Below are positions 18,352 to 27,345 of a DNA stretch of 64,000 nt, one piece after another (position 1 is the first letter of the stretch; the number at the start of each line of letters is the position of its first letter). Under the pieces are notes generated by a model that ran no database searches, was not told the origin of the DNA, and was given only the letters and a program-made list of their open reading frames with translations. The translations under genes and the position numbers were made by a program. This stretch comes from Spirochaetia bacterium. Its GTDB lineage: Bacteria > Spirochaetota > Spirochaetia > UBA9216. Location: assembly GCA_965140585.1 (NCBI GenBank), contig OZ223269.1, positions 288,001 to 352,000 of the forward strand, written 5' to 3'.

Positions 18352-19839
18352 TTGCAACCTTTTATTGAATTGCAGAACATTACAAAGAAATTTCCGGGAG
18401 TTACCGCCCTCAGCAATGTTTCTTTTTCTCTGCTCCCCGGAGAAATACATGCGCTGTGCGGAGAGAACGGAGCCGGTAAATCAACAATGATAAAGGTCAT
18501 CACAGGAGCTCATATGCATACTGAAGGAGAGTACCTGCTCGACGGAGAGAAATCATTGTTTAAATCAACACAGGATGGAATAGCAAAGGGCGTTTCCTGT
18601 GTTTACCAGGAGCTATCTATTGTTCCTGAACAGAGTGTTGCTAAAAATCTATTTATCGGAAATCTTACTATGAAGGGTTCCATCATTGACTATAAAGCTC
18701 TTTATTCAAAATCCAGGGAAATACTTGAAGAACTCGGACTTGATGTTTCTCCAAAGGTGCATGCAGGAAGTTTATCTGTTGGTCAGCAGCAGATGATTGA
18801 AATAGGCAGGGCTTTAACTAGAAATGCCCGCTGCATAATCATGGATGAGCCCACATCATCACTATCAGAATCTGAAACAGATACTCTGATGAAGCTGATA
18901 TTCACACTGAAAGAAAAAAATATAGCCATCATCTATATTTCTCATAAACTCGATGAAGTAATGCATCTTGCGGATCGAATTACAGTAATAAGAGACGGCG
19001 AGAATATAATTACTGTAAATAAAAATGATATTACAGAAAAGCAGCTTGTAGCCTACATGATTGGCCGCAACCTTGAAAATATGTACAACAAGAGAAAAGT
19101 TCCGATAGGTGATGAAGTTCTTAAAGTAAAAAATCTGACAAGTTCGGGTCTTTTTGAAGATGTTTCTTTTGATGTGCGGGCCGGTGAAATTGTAGGGTTC
19201 TTCGGTCTGATTGGTGCCGGACGATCCGAGATAATGCGGGCAGTTTTCGGTGTTGATAAATACAGTTCAGGTGAAGTTTATATTGAGGGTAAAAAACTCA
19301 GAAAAGGTTCTCCTGTTACCTCAATAAGTGCAGGTATGGGCTTTGCCACCGAAGACAGAAAAAAAGACGGTCTTATGCTACAGCTTTCAATTCTGCTTAA
19401 TATGACAATTGTTAAATTAAGGGATTTGAATTTTCTTGGTGTAATCAACAGAAAGAAACAGCGGGAAATTACAGATAAGTACATCAAGAGTATCAGTATT
19501 AAGACTCCTTCTTCAAATCAGCTTACCGGAAACTTATCCGGAGGAAATCAGCAGAAGGTTATAGTTGCCAAATGGCTCATGATGGGCCCAAAGGTTCTGA
19601 TTGTAGATGAACCTACCAGAGGTATCGATATAGGTTCTAAAGCAGAAATTTATACGCTGCTCGGAGAACTTGCAGAGCAGGGGGTTGCGGTTATTATTGT
19701 CTCATCAGAAATAGAAGAGATTATGGGACTCAGCGACAAGGTAATAACAATCCATGAAGGTAAGGAAACGGCTCAGTTTAAAATGTCCGGAAACCCTTCC
19801 CGTGAAGAAATTCTTGAAGCAGCTTTGGGAGTGGTGTAG
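18352..19839 (+). CDS. Sugar-type (CUT2) ABC transporter ATPase, RbsA/MglA-like
   Basis: GENGAGKST, LSVGQQQ, MDEPT, second domain LSGGNQQK, DEPTRGID; TTG start at 18352 after GGAGGT. Confidence 0.95.
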   Translation: MQPFIELQNITKKFPGVTALSNVSFSLLPGEIHALCGENGAGKSTMIKVITGAHMHTEGEYLLDGEKSLFKSTQDGIAKGVSCVYQELSIVPEQSVAKNLFIGNLTMKGSIIDYKALYSKSREILEELGLDVSPKVHAGSLSVGQQQMIEIGRALTRNARCIIMDEPTSSLSESETDTLMKLIFTLKEKNIAIIYISHKLDEVMHLADRITVIRDGENIITVNKNDITEKQLVAYMIGRNLENMYNKRKVPIGDEVLKVKNLTSSGLFEDVSFDVRAGEIVGFFGLIGAGRSEIMRAVFGVDKYSSGEVYIEGKKLRKGSPVTSISAGMGFATEDRKKDGLMLQLSILLNMTIVKLRDLNFLGVINRKKQREITDKYIKSISIKTPSSNQLTGNLSGGNQQKVIVAKWLMMGPKVLIVDEPTRGIDIGSKAEIYTLLGELAEQGVAVIIVSSEIEEIMGLSDKVITIHEGKETAQFKMSGNPSREEILEAALGVV

Positions 19840-19841
19840 GT

Positions 19842-20810
19842 ATGAGTGATTTAAAGATAACTCAGAGTAGTTTATGGAAGAGAGTGTCCAGTAAAGATAA
19901 CCTGGGCGTTATTGCGATGATGATAATCTTCATTGTGATAGTAGTTGCATTCAGCGGTCCGAAGTTCTTTACCGGAAAGAATATCACAAATCTGCTTCGG
20001 TCAGTTTCTGTTGTAGGCATCATGTCCTGTGCAGTCACTCTGGTAATGGTAACCGGGAACATTGATTTATCCCTCGGCTGGATGATCGGATTCTGTGCTG
20101 TAATAGCCGGCCACCACTCATTCAATTTCGGAGAAGCTCTGTTTTTTGCGGTGATTGCCGGTATGGCCTGTGGTGCTGTGAATGGGATTCTGGTAGGAGG
20201 CTTAAAGCTCAATCCCTTCATCGGAACCCTCGGAACCATGTATGTCTTTAAAGGTATAACAACCCTGTATTCAGACGGAGAATTCGTAACAGGACAGGAA
20301 CCAAGTTCAGTTCTTGCATTTATAGGTCAGGGACAGATATTAGGTATCCCGACACCAATTCTCATTTTTGTTCTTTTTGCACTTACATTCTGGTTCCTGC
20401 TTAAAAGAACAACCTTCGGAACCAAAGTTTATGCGGTCGGAGCCAACGGAATCGCAGCCAGAGCATCGGGTATACGTACCGGATTAATAGTACTTGCAGT
20501 GTACATGCTTGCAGGACTTGCCACCGGTGTAGCTGGAACGGTGTTTTATGCAAAGGTAATGTCGGTTCAGCCGTATTCCGGAGTCGGACTTGAGTTCGAT
20601 GTCCTGACTGCGGTTGTTCTGGGCGGAACCAGTGTTACCGGCGGAAAGGGTAATGTTATAGGAACTATTCTTGGCGTTCTCTTTGTAGGAATTCTCACAA
20701 ACGGTTTTACCATGATGGGGTTAGGTTCAAATGCAACTTATATTACCCAGGGCGTAATTCTGCTTGTGGCCATGTGGGCGGATGTTAAGAGTTCGGGAGG
20801 CTTGAAATAA
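19842..20810 (+). CDS. CUT2 ABC permease (RbsC-like)
   Basis: GNIDLS, PFIGTLG, TTFG..YAVGAN..AA..SGI, AVVLGGTS..GGKG. Confidence 0.93.
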   Translation: MSDLKITQSSLWKRVSSKDNLGVIAMMIIFIVIVVAFSGPKFFTGKNITNLLRSVSVVGIMSCAVTLVMVTGNIDLSLGWMIGFCAVIAGHHSFNFGEALFFAVIAGMACGAVNGILVGGLKLNPFIGTLGTMYVFKGITTLYSDGEFVTGQEPSSVLAFIGQGQILGIPTPILIFVLFALTFWFLLKRTTFGTKVYAVGANGIAARASGIRTGLIVLAVYMLAGLATGVAGTVFYAKVMSVQPYSGVGLEFDVLTAVVLGGTSVTGGKGNVIGTILGVLFVGILTNGFTMMGLGSNATYITQGVILLVAMWADVKSSGGLK

Positions 20811-21802
20811 TGAATAACAAACTGGCAAAACTCAGGCAGACACCTGTCGTACGATTTTTTGATGAGCATAACAGTGCATATATTCTGATACTTATAATTA
20901 TTGCAGCTGTAATAACTGCATCACCGAAATTTACAAGACCGGGAAATATTTTCAATCTAACTCAGGCAATAAGTACATACGGCATACTTGCCATTGGTCT
21001 TACATTTATATTCCTTGTAAGGGGTATTGATTTATCACTGGCTTATCAGGTTGCTCTTGACGGCACATTGTTCGTTGTTATTTGTAACTCATGGGGATTT
21101 CTTCCTGCAGTATTAATAACGCTGATATTCGGAAGCCTTATAGGATACCTAAACGGAACTATTGTTACCAGGCTGAGGATTCCCTCACTTATTGGAACGC
21201 TGGCTGTCATGACGACTCTCAAGGGCTTTGTACTGATACTAAATAAAAATAACGGCAGCCGGATGATTGACATCACTCTTTTTGGAGAAAAATTCTCCAG
21301 AATCTACAACGGAAAGCTTTTCTGGTACATTGCACCTGCTCATATTATCTGTCTGCTGTTTCTTGTTGTGCTTGGACTTTTTCTTCACTACAAACGCAGC
21401 GGTGCAAATATGTATGTAGTTGGGGGCAATCCGGAAGCCGGTCTATTCTCGGGTATCAATAATGACCGTCTCACCAGAACGGCTTTTACCATCGGCGGCC
21501 TCTCGGCTGCTGTGACTTCAATGCTTGTTGCTATGAGAATAAATGCTTCTACATACAATATGGGTGACAATCTGGACATCATTGCCATCTGTTCTGTAGT
21601 TGTCGGCGGTGTAAAGATGCAGGGCGGCAAGGGAAACATGGCCATGTGTATCATGGGTGTGGCTACTATTCAGATTATTAACAATGTTATGACGAAGCTT
21701 GGAATGCGTACTGCAATGCAGGCCCTCATAACAGGAATTGTGGTTATTCTGGTTCTTATGCTGGATAAGTTTACTACCAGTATCAAAGCCAAGAAAATAT
21801 AA
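20810..21802 (+). CDS. CUT2 ABC permease (second)
   Basis: GIDLS, PSLIGTL, YVVGGN.EA..FSGI, SVVVGG...GGKG. Confidence 0.92.
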   Translation: MNNKLAKLRQTPVVRFFDEHNSAYILILIIIAAVITASPKFTRPGNIFNLTQAISTYGILAIGLTFIFLVRGIDLSLAYQVALDGTLFVVICNSWGFLPAVLITLIFGSLIGYLNGTIVTRLRIPSLIGTLAVMTTLKGFVLILNKNNGSRMIDITLFGEKFSRIYNGKLFWYIAPAHIICLLFLVVLGLFLHYKRSGANMYVVGGNPEAGLFSGINNDRLTRTAFTIGGLSAAVTSMLVAMRINASTYNMGDNLDIIAICSVVVGGVKMQGGKGNMAMCIMGVATIQIINNVMTKLGMRTAMQALITGIVVILVLMLDKFTTSIKAKKI

Positions 21803-21826
21803 GAAATACTTATGGAGGATGGATAA

Positions 21827-22831
21827 ATGAAAAGATTTCTAGTGATTCTTTTGGTTGCCATGATGGTGTTCGGTGCAGTGTCTGCATTTGCTTCCGGACA
21901 GGGCGAAGACGGTTCAGGAAAAGCTTCCGATGTTGCCGGTGATGTAAACGGGGATGGTGTGTTTACAGTATCTTTCATTGCTGTAACTACAACTTTGGCG
22001 CCTTATCCGATCGATATACTTGTTCAGTTTCAGAACCTTGCAGACGCAAAAGGCTGGGAACTCGAAGTATACGACAGTAACGGAGATGTTAATACTCAGA
22101 CTGAGCAGGTAGCTTCTGTAATTGCAGATGATATGGCAGACCTTGTAGTTATATTTCCTGTAGATTCAGGTGCTGCTGTTACTTACGTTCAGGACTTAGC
22201 TGATGCTGGAATTGATGTAATCACAATCAGTTCAGATGTTAAAGAAGAAGGTCAGTCTGAAGTATACTGCTATGTCGGTCCGGATCAGAAGAACAGTCTT
22301 GTTAAACCAGGTGCAGATTATATAATGGAAAATTTCAAATCTGGAGCCAACTATGTAATTCTTTCAGGCTGGGAAGCTCAGTATGACTATATCGTACGTG
22401 AAGCAGCTGTTAATGAATTCTTTGCTGGCAGCGGATACAACCAGCTTGCAGTTAAGTACTGTGGTGCATCAAGAGACAATGCTTATGAAGAAATGAGTGC
22501 ACTTCTTGTTGCCAACAAAAACATTGACTTTGTATTTGCACTTTCTGATGAGTTTGCACTCGGCGGAATCCAGGCAATTAAGGAAGCAGGTTATAAACCC
22601 GGTGAAATAACAGTCGTTTCACTTGAGGCATTTATCAACAGTATGAAACAGATTGAAGAGGGATGGCTACAGCTTACTGTTACCCAGACAGGTACCGATA
22701 TTATCAACAAACTTGATGAAGTTATTGCTTCCTGGATGAAGGGTGAGTCAATCGAATACAACCAGCTTTCCGTTGGTACCCCCATTACAAAAGTAAACGC
22801 CGCTGAATGGGAACCTAAGCTTCCTTACTAA
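21827..22831 (+). CDS. Sugar-type ABC substrate-binding protein (PBP1 fold)
   Basis: Signal peptide ending AFASGQGE; DSNGD..TQ, PVD, YVGPD, ALSDEFALG; last gene of the ABC operon. Confidence 0.88.
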   Translation: MKRFLVILLVAMMVFGAVSAFASGQGEDGSGKASDVAGDVNGDGVFTVSFIAVTTTLAPYPIDILVQFQNLADAKGWELEVYDSNGDVNTQTEQVASVIADDMADLVVIFPVDSGAAVTYVQDLADAGIDVITISSDVKEEGQSEVYCYVGPDQKNSLVKPGADYIMENFKSGANYVILSGWEAQYDYIVREAAVNEFFAGSGYNQLAVKYCGASRDNAYEEMSALLVANKNIDFVFALSDEFALGGIQAIKEAGYKPGEITVVSLEAFINSMKQIEEGWLQLTVTQTGTDIINKLDEVIASWMKGESIEYNQLSVGTPITKVNAAEWEPKLPY

Positions 22832-22852
22832 AATAAGAAGGCTGATAATTAC

Positions 22853-22887
22853 AAGGGGCATCTTCAATTGAAGATGCCCCTTTTTTT
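22853..22887 (+). terminator. Rho-independent terminator
   Basis: Perfect 30-bp palindrome AAGGGGCATCTTCAA|TTGAAGATGCCCCTT followed by a T run. Confidence 0.92.
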
Positions 22888-22943
22888 ACAGAATTTTAAC
22901 AAAATTCAAGAATATTTTACTCTTTTTACTGTGTTAAATATTA

Positions 22944-22977
22944 AATAATGGACTTGGGATTCAAGTCTTATTATCTT
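22944..22977 (+). promoter_or_regulatory. Putative promoter with overlapping dyad, upstream of the Lol-like operon
   Basis: TGGACT(22949)-N17-TATCTT(22972); GACTTG-N5-CAAGTC dyad flanked by ATAAT/ATTAT. Confidence 0.5.
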
Positions 22978-23026
22978 AAAATTATATGTATAAAAAGCCT
23001 ATAAACCCCGTGGTAAGGAGTATTAA

Positions 23027-23746
23027 TTGTCTATCGTTGAACTAAAGGATGTAAAGAAAATATATCCGCTCGGAAAAACAGAGGTGCATGCCGTAAAGGG
23101 CGTCAGTTTTGAAATTTGCCGCGGCGATTTTATCTCAATTGCAGGACCTTCGGGTTCCGGTAAATCTACGATACTTAACATGATTGGATGTATCGATGTT
23201 CCGACAGAAGGCAGTGTACTGATAAACGGTACTGAGACCGGCGGGCTTTCAGATACGGATATAACAAAGCTGAGACACCAGGTTCTCGGATTTATCTTTC
23301 AGAGTTTTAATCTAATTCCAGTCCTTAACGTATATGAGAATATTGAGTTTCCAATGCTGCTTGGGAAAGAAAAGATATCCAGGTCCGAAAAAGCCGACTG
23401 GATAAATATGCTTATAGAAGAAGTCGGTCTTTCTGAGTGGAGGAATCATAAGCCGAATGAACTATCCGGCGGTCAGAGACAGCGTGTCGCCATTGCAAGA
23501 GCTTTGGTAACAAAACCGGAAATTGTTCTGGCTGATGAACCTACAGCCAACCTTGATTCAGTTACAAGCGAGGCTATCATAACCCTGATGAAGAAGATAA
23601 ACCGTGATCTTGGAACTACATTTATCTTTTCGACACATGACCCGTCAATTGTCGAGGTTGCCGATCATATTATAAGACTCAGAGACGGTCTAATTACCGA
23701 GAACTACCGTCAGGAAGACAGCCGTGCATGCAGGGAGACTGATTGA
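23027..23746 (+). CDS. ABC ATPase, LolD/MacB family
   Basis: GPSGSGKST, GFIFQSFNLIP, LSGGQRQRVAIARAL, LADEPTANLD, STHD. Confidence 0.95.
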   Translation: MSIVELKDVKKIYPLGKTEVHAVKGVSFEICRGDFISIAGPSGSGKSTILNMIGCIDVPTEGSVLINGTETGGLSDTDITKLRHQVLGFIFQSFNLIPVLNVYENIEFPMLLGKEKISRSEKADWINMLIEEVGLSEWRNHKPNELSGGQRQRVAIARALVTKPEIVLADEPTANLDSVTSEAIITLMKKINRDLGTTFIFSTHDPSIVEVADHIIRLRDGLITENYRQEDSRACRETD

Positions 23747-25257
23747 TGGGCGTAATTCTCAGAATAGCGCTTCGAAACCTGAGGGAACACAGATCAAAGA
23801 GCCTTATTATTGGTATTATTATGGCTGTAGGGGTGATGATCCTGGTTATTGGAAATACCCTTATCAATACCATTCAAACAGGAATAGAACGCAGTTTTAT
23901 TGACAACTATACAGGCAATATCATGATAACCGGCGTGACGGAGAACCAGATATCGTTATTTGGTGTTCAGTCTCCGGGTGGTCTTGAAGAAACACCTACA
24001 ATTCCGGAATATGATCTTATAACAGCACACCTTAATGATATACCGGCTGTGGAGGATTACACCTCGCAGATTACAGGCTTCGGAATTATCAATATTGAAG
24101 GAGCGCCTGAGGATAAGGGGCCTTACATGGGGCTGCTATTCGGAGTAGAACCTGAGGACTACCATAGCATCTTCACAAATGCGGTTATAATAGAAGGAAC
24201 TTATCTCCAGCCTGGTGAAGAGGGTCTGATAATATCGCAAAGCAACCTGGATACTATCAATGAAATATTTGAAATGGATACGGGGGTTGGTGACAAGCTT
24301 ATAATAACTTCACCGGCCTCGGCAGGGTTTAAAATCCGTGAACTTACGATACGCGGAATATACAGCCTTGAATTCGATTCCGAGGCTGCCGGTTATATTT
24401 CCTATATAGATGCTCAGACTCTTCGTGTTCTTAAAGGGATGAATCTTGGTAATCAGGGGGAAGTAGAGCTTTCTGAAGATGAAACCTCACTATTGGATCT
24501 ATCCAGCTTTGATTCGGTTTTCTCAGAAGATGAAATTACTTTTGAGACCGATAATGATTTTGAACTGACAGAAGATAATCTATTCAGTATACTCGAACTT
24601 GATTCCGGTGAAGAAGCTGGTGATGACACTGTAATATCAGAGCTCAGTGCTGCTGAAGATACTGATAAATCTTCAACCTGGGAATATATTCTTGTTAAAA
24701 CAAGAACAGCGTCGTCGGCTTCAAGGGTTATAGCAGAACTTAATCTATGGTTTTCTCAGGAAGGAATAGATGCCCGGGCCTATGACTGGAAAGCAGCTGC
24801 CGGCCCATTTTCGACAACAGCTGATGTAATACGGATTGTATTTAATGTTGCAATCATACTTGTAGCAGTTGTTGCTATAATTATCATGACTAATACTCTC
24901 GTTATAAATGTTGTAGAACGGACTGCGGAGATTGGTACTATGCGGGCTCTGGGTGCAAGGAAGGGGTTTATACGCAGGATGATCTCTGCAGAAGTAATTA
25001 CGATAACCGTTATTTTCGGATTTATTGGTATGCTTGCCGGCGTGATCGTTCTATGGATAGTCGGACTGATCGGCTTTGAGGCTACAAACCCTTTTCTGGA
25101 AATACTTTTTGCAGGACCTGTTCTTAAACCGGTATATTCCGTCTTTTCAGTGCTTGGTTCATGGATAATAATTTTGCTTATCGGCATGATTGCGAATATC
25201 TATCCCCTGAGACTTGCTCTCAGGGTTCAGCCAATTAAGGCTATGATGAGTGAGTAG
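23746..25257 (+). CDS. FtsX/LolE-like ABC permease with acidic periplasmic insertion
   Basis: IALRNL N-terminus, one TM + large periplasmic domain + three TM, ERTAEIGTMRALG; acidic low-complexity insert. Confidence 0.88.
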   Translation: MGVILRIALRNLREHRSKSLIIGIIMAVGVMILVIGNTLINTIQTGIERSFIDNYTGNIMITGVTENQISLFGVQSPGGLEETPTIPEYDLITAHLNDIPAVEDYTSQITGFGIINIEGAPEDKGPYMGLLFGVEPEDYHSIFTNAVIIEGTYLQPGEEGLIISQSNLDTINEIFEMDTGVGDKLIITSPASAGFKIRELTIRGIYSLEFDSEAAGYISYIDAQTLRVLKGMNLGNQGEVELSEDETSLLDLSSFDSVFSEDEITFETDNDFELTEDNLFSILELDSGEEAGDDTVISELSAAEDTDKSSTWEYILVKTRTASSASRVIAELNLWFSQEGIDARAYDWKAAAGPFSTTADVIRIVFNVAIILVAVVAIIIMTNTLVINVVERTAEIGTMRALGARKGFIRRMISAEVITITVIFGFIGMLAGVIVLWIVGLIGFEATNPFLEILFAGPVLKPVYSVFSVLGSWIIILLIGMIANIYPLRLALRVQPIKAMMSE

Positions 25258-25265
25258 GGGAGCGT

Positions 25266-26579
25266 ATGCGTGATATAAAAATTTCACTCCGGAACCTTAC
25301 CCGGCAGAAAAAGAGAACAATTCTTCTTTCTGCTGCGATTGCTTTCGGAATATATATTATAACCATGATAAACGGATTTACAGGCAGTTTTATAGAGAAT
25401 GTCAGTGAGAACTTTTCAAATATTCTCGCCGGTCATATATTCATTGAGGGTGTTGAGAAATCCGAATCAGGCAAAACTCTCTTTCTTGTCCGGAATGACG
25501 ATATCCTGATGTCGGCAATCGAAGAGGCAGAAGTCCCCTGGCAGTATATAACTAAACGTTCAGATATAAATGCAACACTGATTTTTGAAGGCAGCAACAT
25601 TCGTCAGAGCATTACCGGAGCGGATTGGGGAATTGAGGAATATTTTAAAGAACGTATAATTTTAAAAGCGGGAACCTTTGAAGACCTTGAAAATGATCGT
25701 CATGGAATTATTCTAAGTGAAAAGGTTGCCGACAGATTGAATGTCCAGATTGGCGATAGTCTTCTTGTGAAATGTAAAACCTATACCGGTCAGCAGAATG
25801 CGGGAGAGCTCAGGGTTACAGGTATCATGATAGATACCAACCTCTTCGGATCTACAACTTCATACGCTAATATCTCTTATGTTAACGAGCTTCTTAACCT
25901 GCAGCCGGATGAATATATGACTATGGGTATTTTCCTTCAGAACATGGACCAGATTGATTCCTCTGCTGCCGCCTTATACGATAATTTAAAAAACAGAGTC
26001 AACATGTTCGATCGTGAAGCTGCAGATGATGATGAGAATCCGATTCTTGCCATGCTTGAGCAGGAAGAGGAAGATGAGTGGAGCGGACTGCGCTTCCGAT
26101 TGATGACCCTGAATGATATCATGAAAGAAGTTCAGCAGATTGTTAATGTTCTGAATACCGCAGCCTTAATCATTCTTCTTGTTCTTTTTGCAATAATTAT
26201 GGTAGGAGTTACCAATACTTTCCGGATGGTTCTAATGGAGAGAACCAAAGAGATAGGAACAATGCGGGCAGTCGGAATGCAGAGAGGCATAGTGCGGAAA
26301 CTATTTCTTTACGAAGCCTTTTTCATTTCAGTTATAGGAGTTTTGTCGGGACTGATTCTGGCCGGTATCTCCATGTTTATTCTGATGCAGATTTACTGGG
26401 GTGTTGAAACTCCGGCATTTATGCTGATGAAAAACGGCTACATGACCTTCAGAATATCGGCGCTGCAGGTTCTTTTTAATTTTGCTGTAGTGAGCGGATT
26501 GACTCTGCTAGCCGCTTTCTTTCCGTCAAACAAAGCCGCTAAGCTGCAGCCTGCTGATGCACTTAGAACTACAAACTGA
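25266..26579 (+). CDS. FtsX/LolC-like ABC permease
   Basis: ISLRNL.RQKKRT, ERTKEIGTMRAVG, P..KAAKLQPADALR. Confidence 0.9.
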   Translation: MRDIKISLRNLTRQKKRTILLSAAIAFGIYIITMINGFTGSFIENVSENFSNILAGHIFIEGVEKSESGKTLFLVRNDDILMSAIEEAEVPWQYITKRSDINATLIFEGSNIRQSITGADWGIEEYFKERIILKAGTFEDLENDRHGIILSEKVADRLNVQIGDSLLVKCKTYTGQQNAGELRVTGIMIDTNLFGSTTSYANISYVNELLNLQPDEYMTMGIFLQNMDQIDSSAAALYDNLKNRVNMFDREAADDDENPILAMLEQEEEDEWSGLRFRLMTLNDIMKEVQQIVNVLNTAALIILLVLFAIIMVGVTNTFRMVLMERTKEIGTMRAVGMQRGIVRKLFLYEAFFISVIGVLSGLILAGISMFILMQIYWGVETPAFMLMKNGYMTFRISALQVLFNFAVVSGLTLLAAFFPSNKAAKLQPADALRTTN

Positions 26580-26594
26580 TAACAGGATGATAAT

Positions 26595-27344
26595 ATGAAT
26601 AAAAAAACTTTAATAATGATGCTGCTTTCAGCATTTACCTTAGTCAGTCTTCATGCTGAACCTGATTTTAATACAATGCTTAAAGAAATTGATCAGCTGG
26701 GTAGTTTTGAAGATACTGATTTTTCATGTGTATATACTTTTGTTTCAGAAAAACCGGGTGAAGAGACTGAAGTTACCCAGGCCAGAATGTTCAGACGTGA
26801 TGCAAATGAGCAGTTTGTAATGCTTATTTTGAAGCCTGAAGTTCAGAAAGGGCAGGGCTACCTTAAAGTAGATGAAAACGTCTGGTTCTACGATCCCGAA
26901 AGCCGTAAATTTACCCATTCATCGCTGAAAGAAAATATTCAGAACTCGGAAGCCAAGAACTCCGATATTGACGGACTTTCCCTGGCGGAAGACTATAACG
27001 TTGAATCATGGGAAACAGATAAACTCGGGAATTTTGAAACCTATATCCTGAACCTGAAGGCTAAGAACAATGAGGTCTCATATCCTAATATCAAATTATG
27101 GGTTAGAACAGATCAAACCATTGTCCTTAAAGAAGAAGATTACAGTCTATCGGGACGTCTTATGAGAACTTCATACTATCCAAAGTATGTTCAGGTCGGG
27201 GCTAAGTTTGTCCCGGCCCAGATTCTTATAGTTGATGAACTTCAGGAAGGTGAAAAGACACAACTGACTATGAAAAATCCCTCCACTGCAGCTCTTCCTG
27301 ATTCTGTATTTACTAAGGCCTATATCGAAAGGGTTAATAATTAA
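26595..27344 (+). CDS. LolA-like 'outer membrane lipoprotein-sorting' periplasmic protein
   Basis: Sec signal (SLHA-EP); P..QKGQGYL...NVWFYDP, SY....LWV, LPDSVFT pattern typical of LolA_like proteins. Confidence 0.78.
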   Translation: MNKKTLIMMLLSAFTLVSLHAEPDFNTMLKEIDQLGSFEDTDFSCVYTFVSEKPGEETEVTQARMFRRDANEQFVMLILKPEVQKGQGYLKVDENVWFYDPESRKFTHSSLKENIQNSEAKNSDIDGLSLAEDYNVESWETDKLGNFETYILNLKAKNNEVSYPNIKLWVRTDQTIVLKEEDYSLSGRLMRTSYYPKYVQVGAKFVPAQILIVDELQEGEKTQLTMKNPSTAALPDSVFTKAYIERVNN

Positions 27345-27345
27345 T

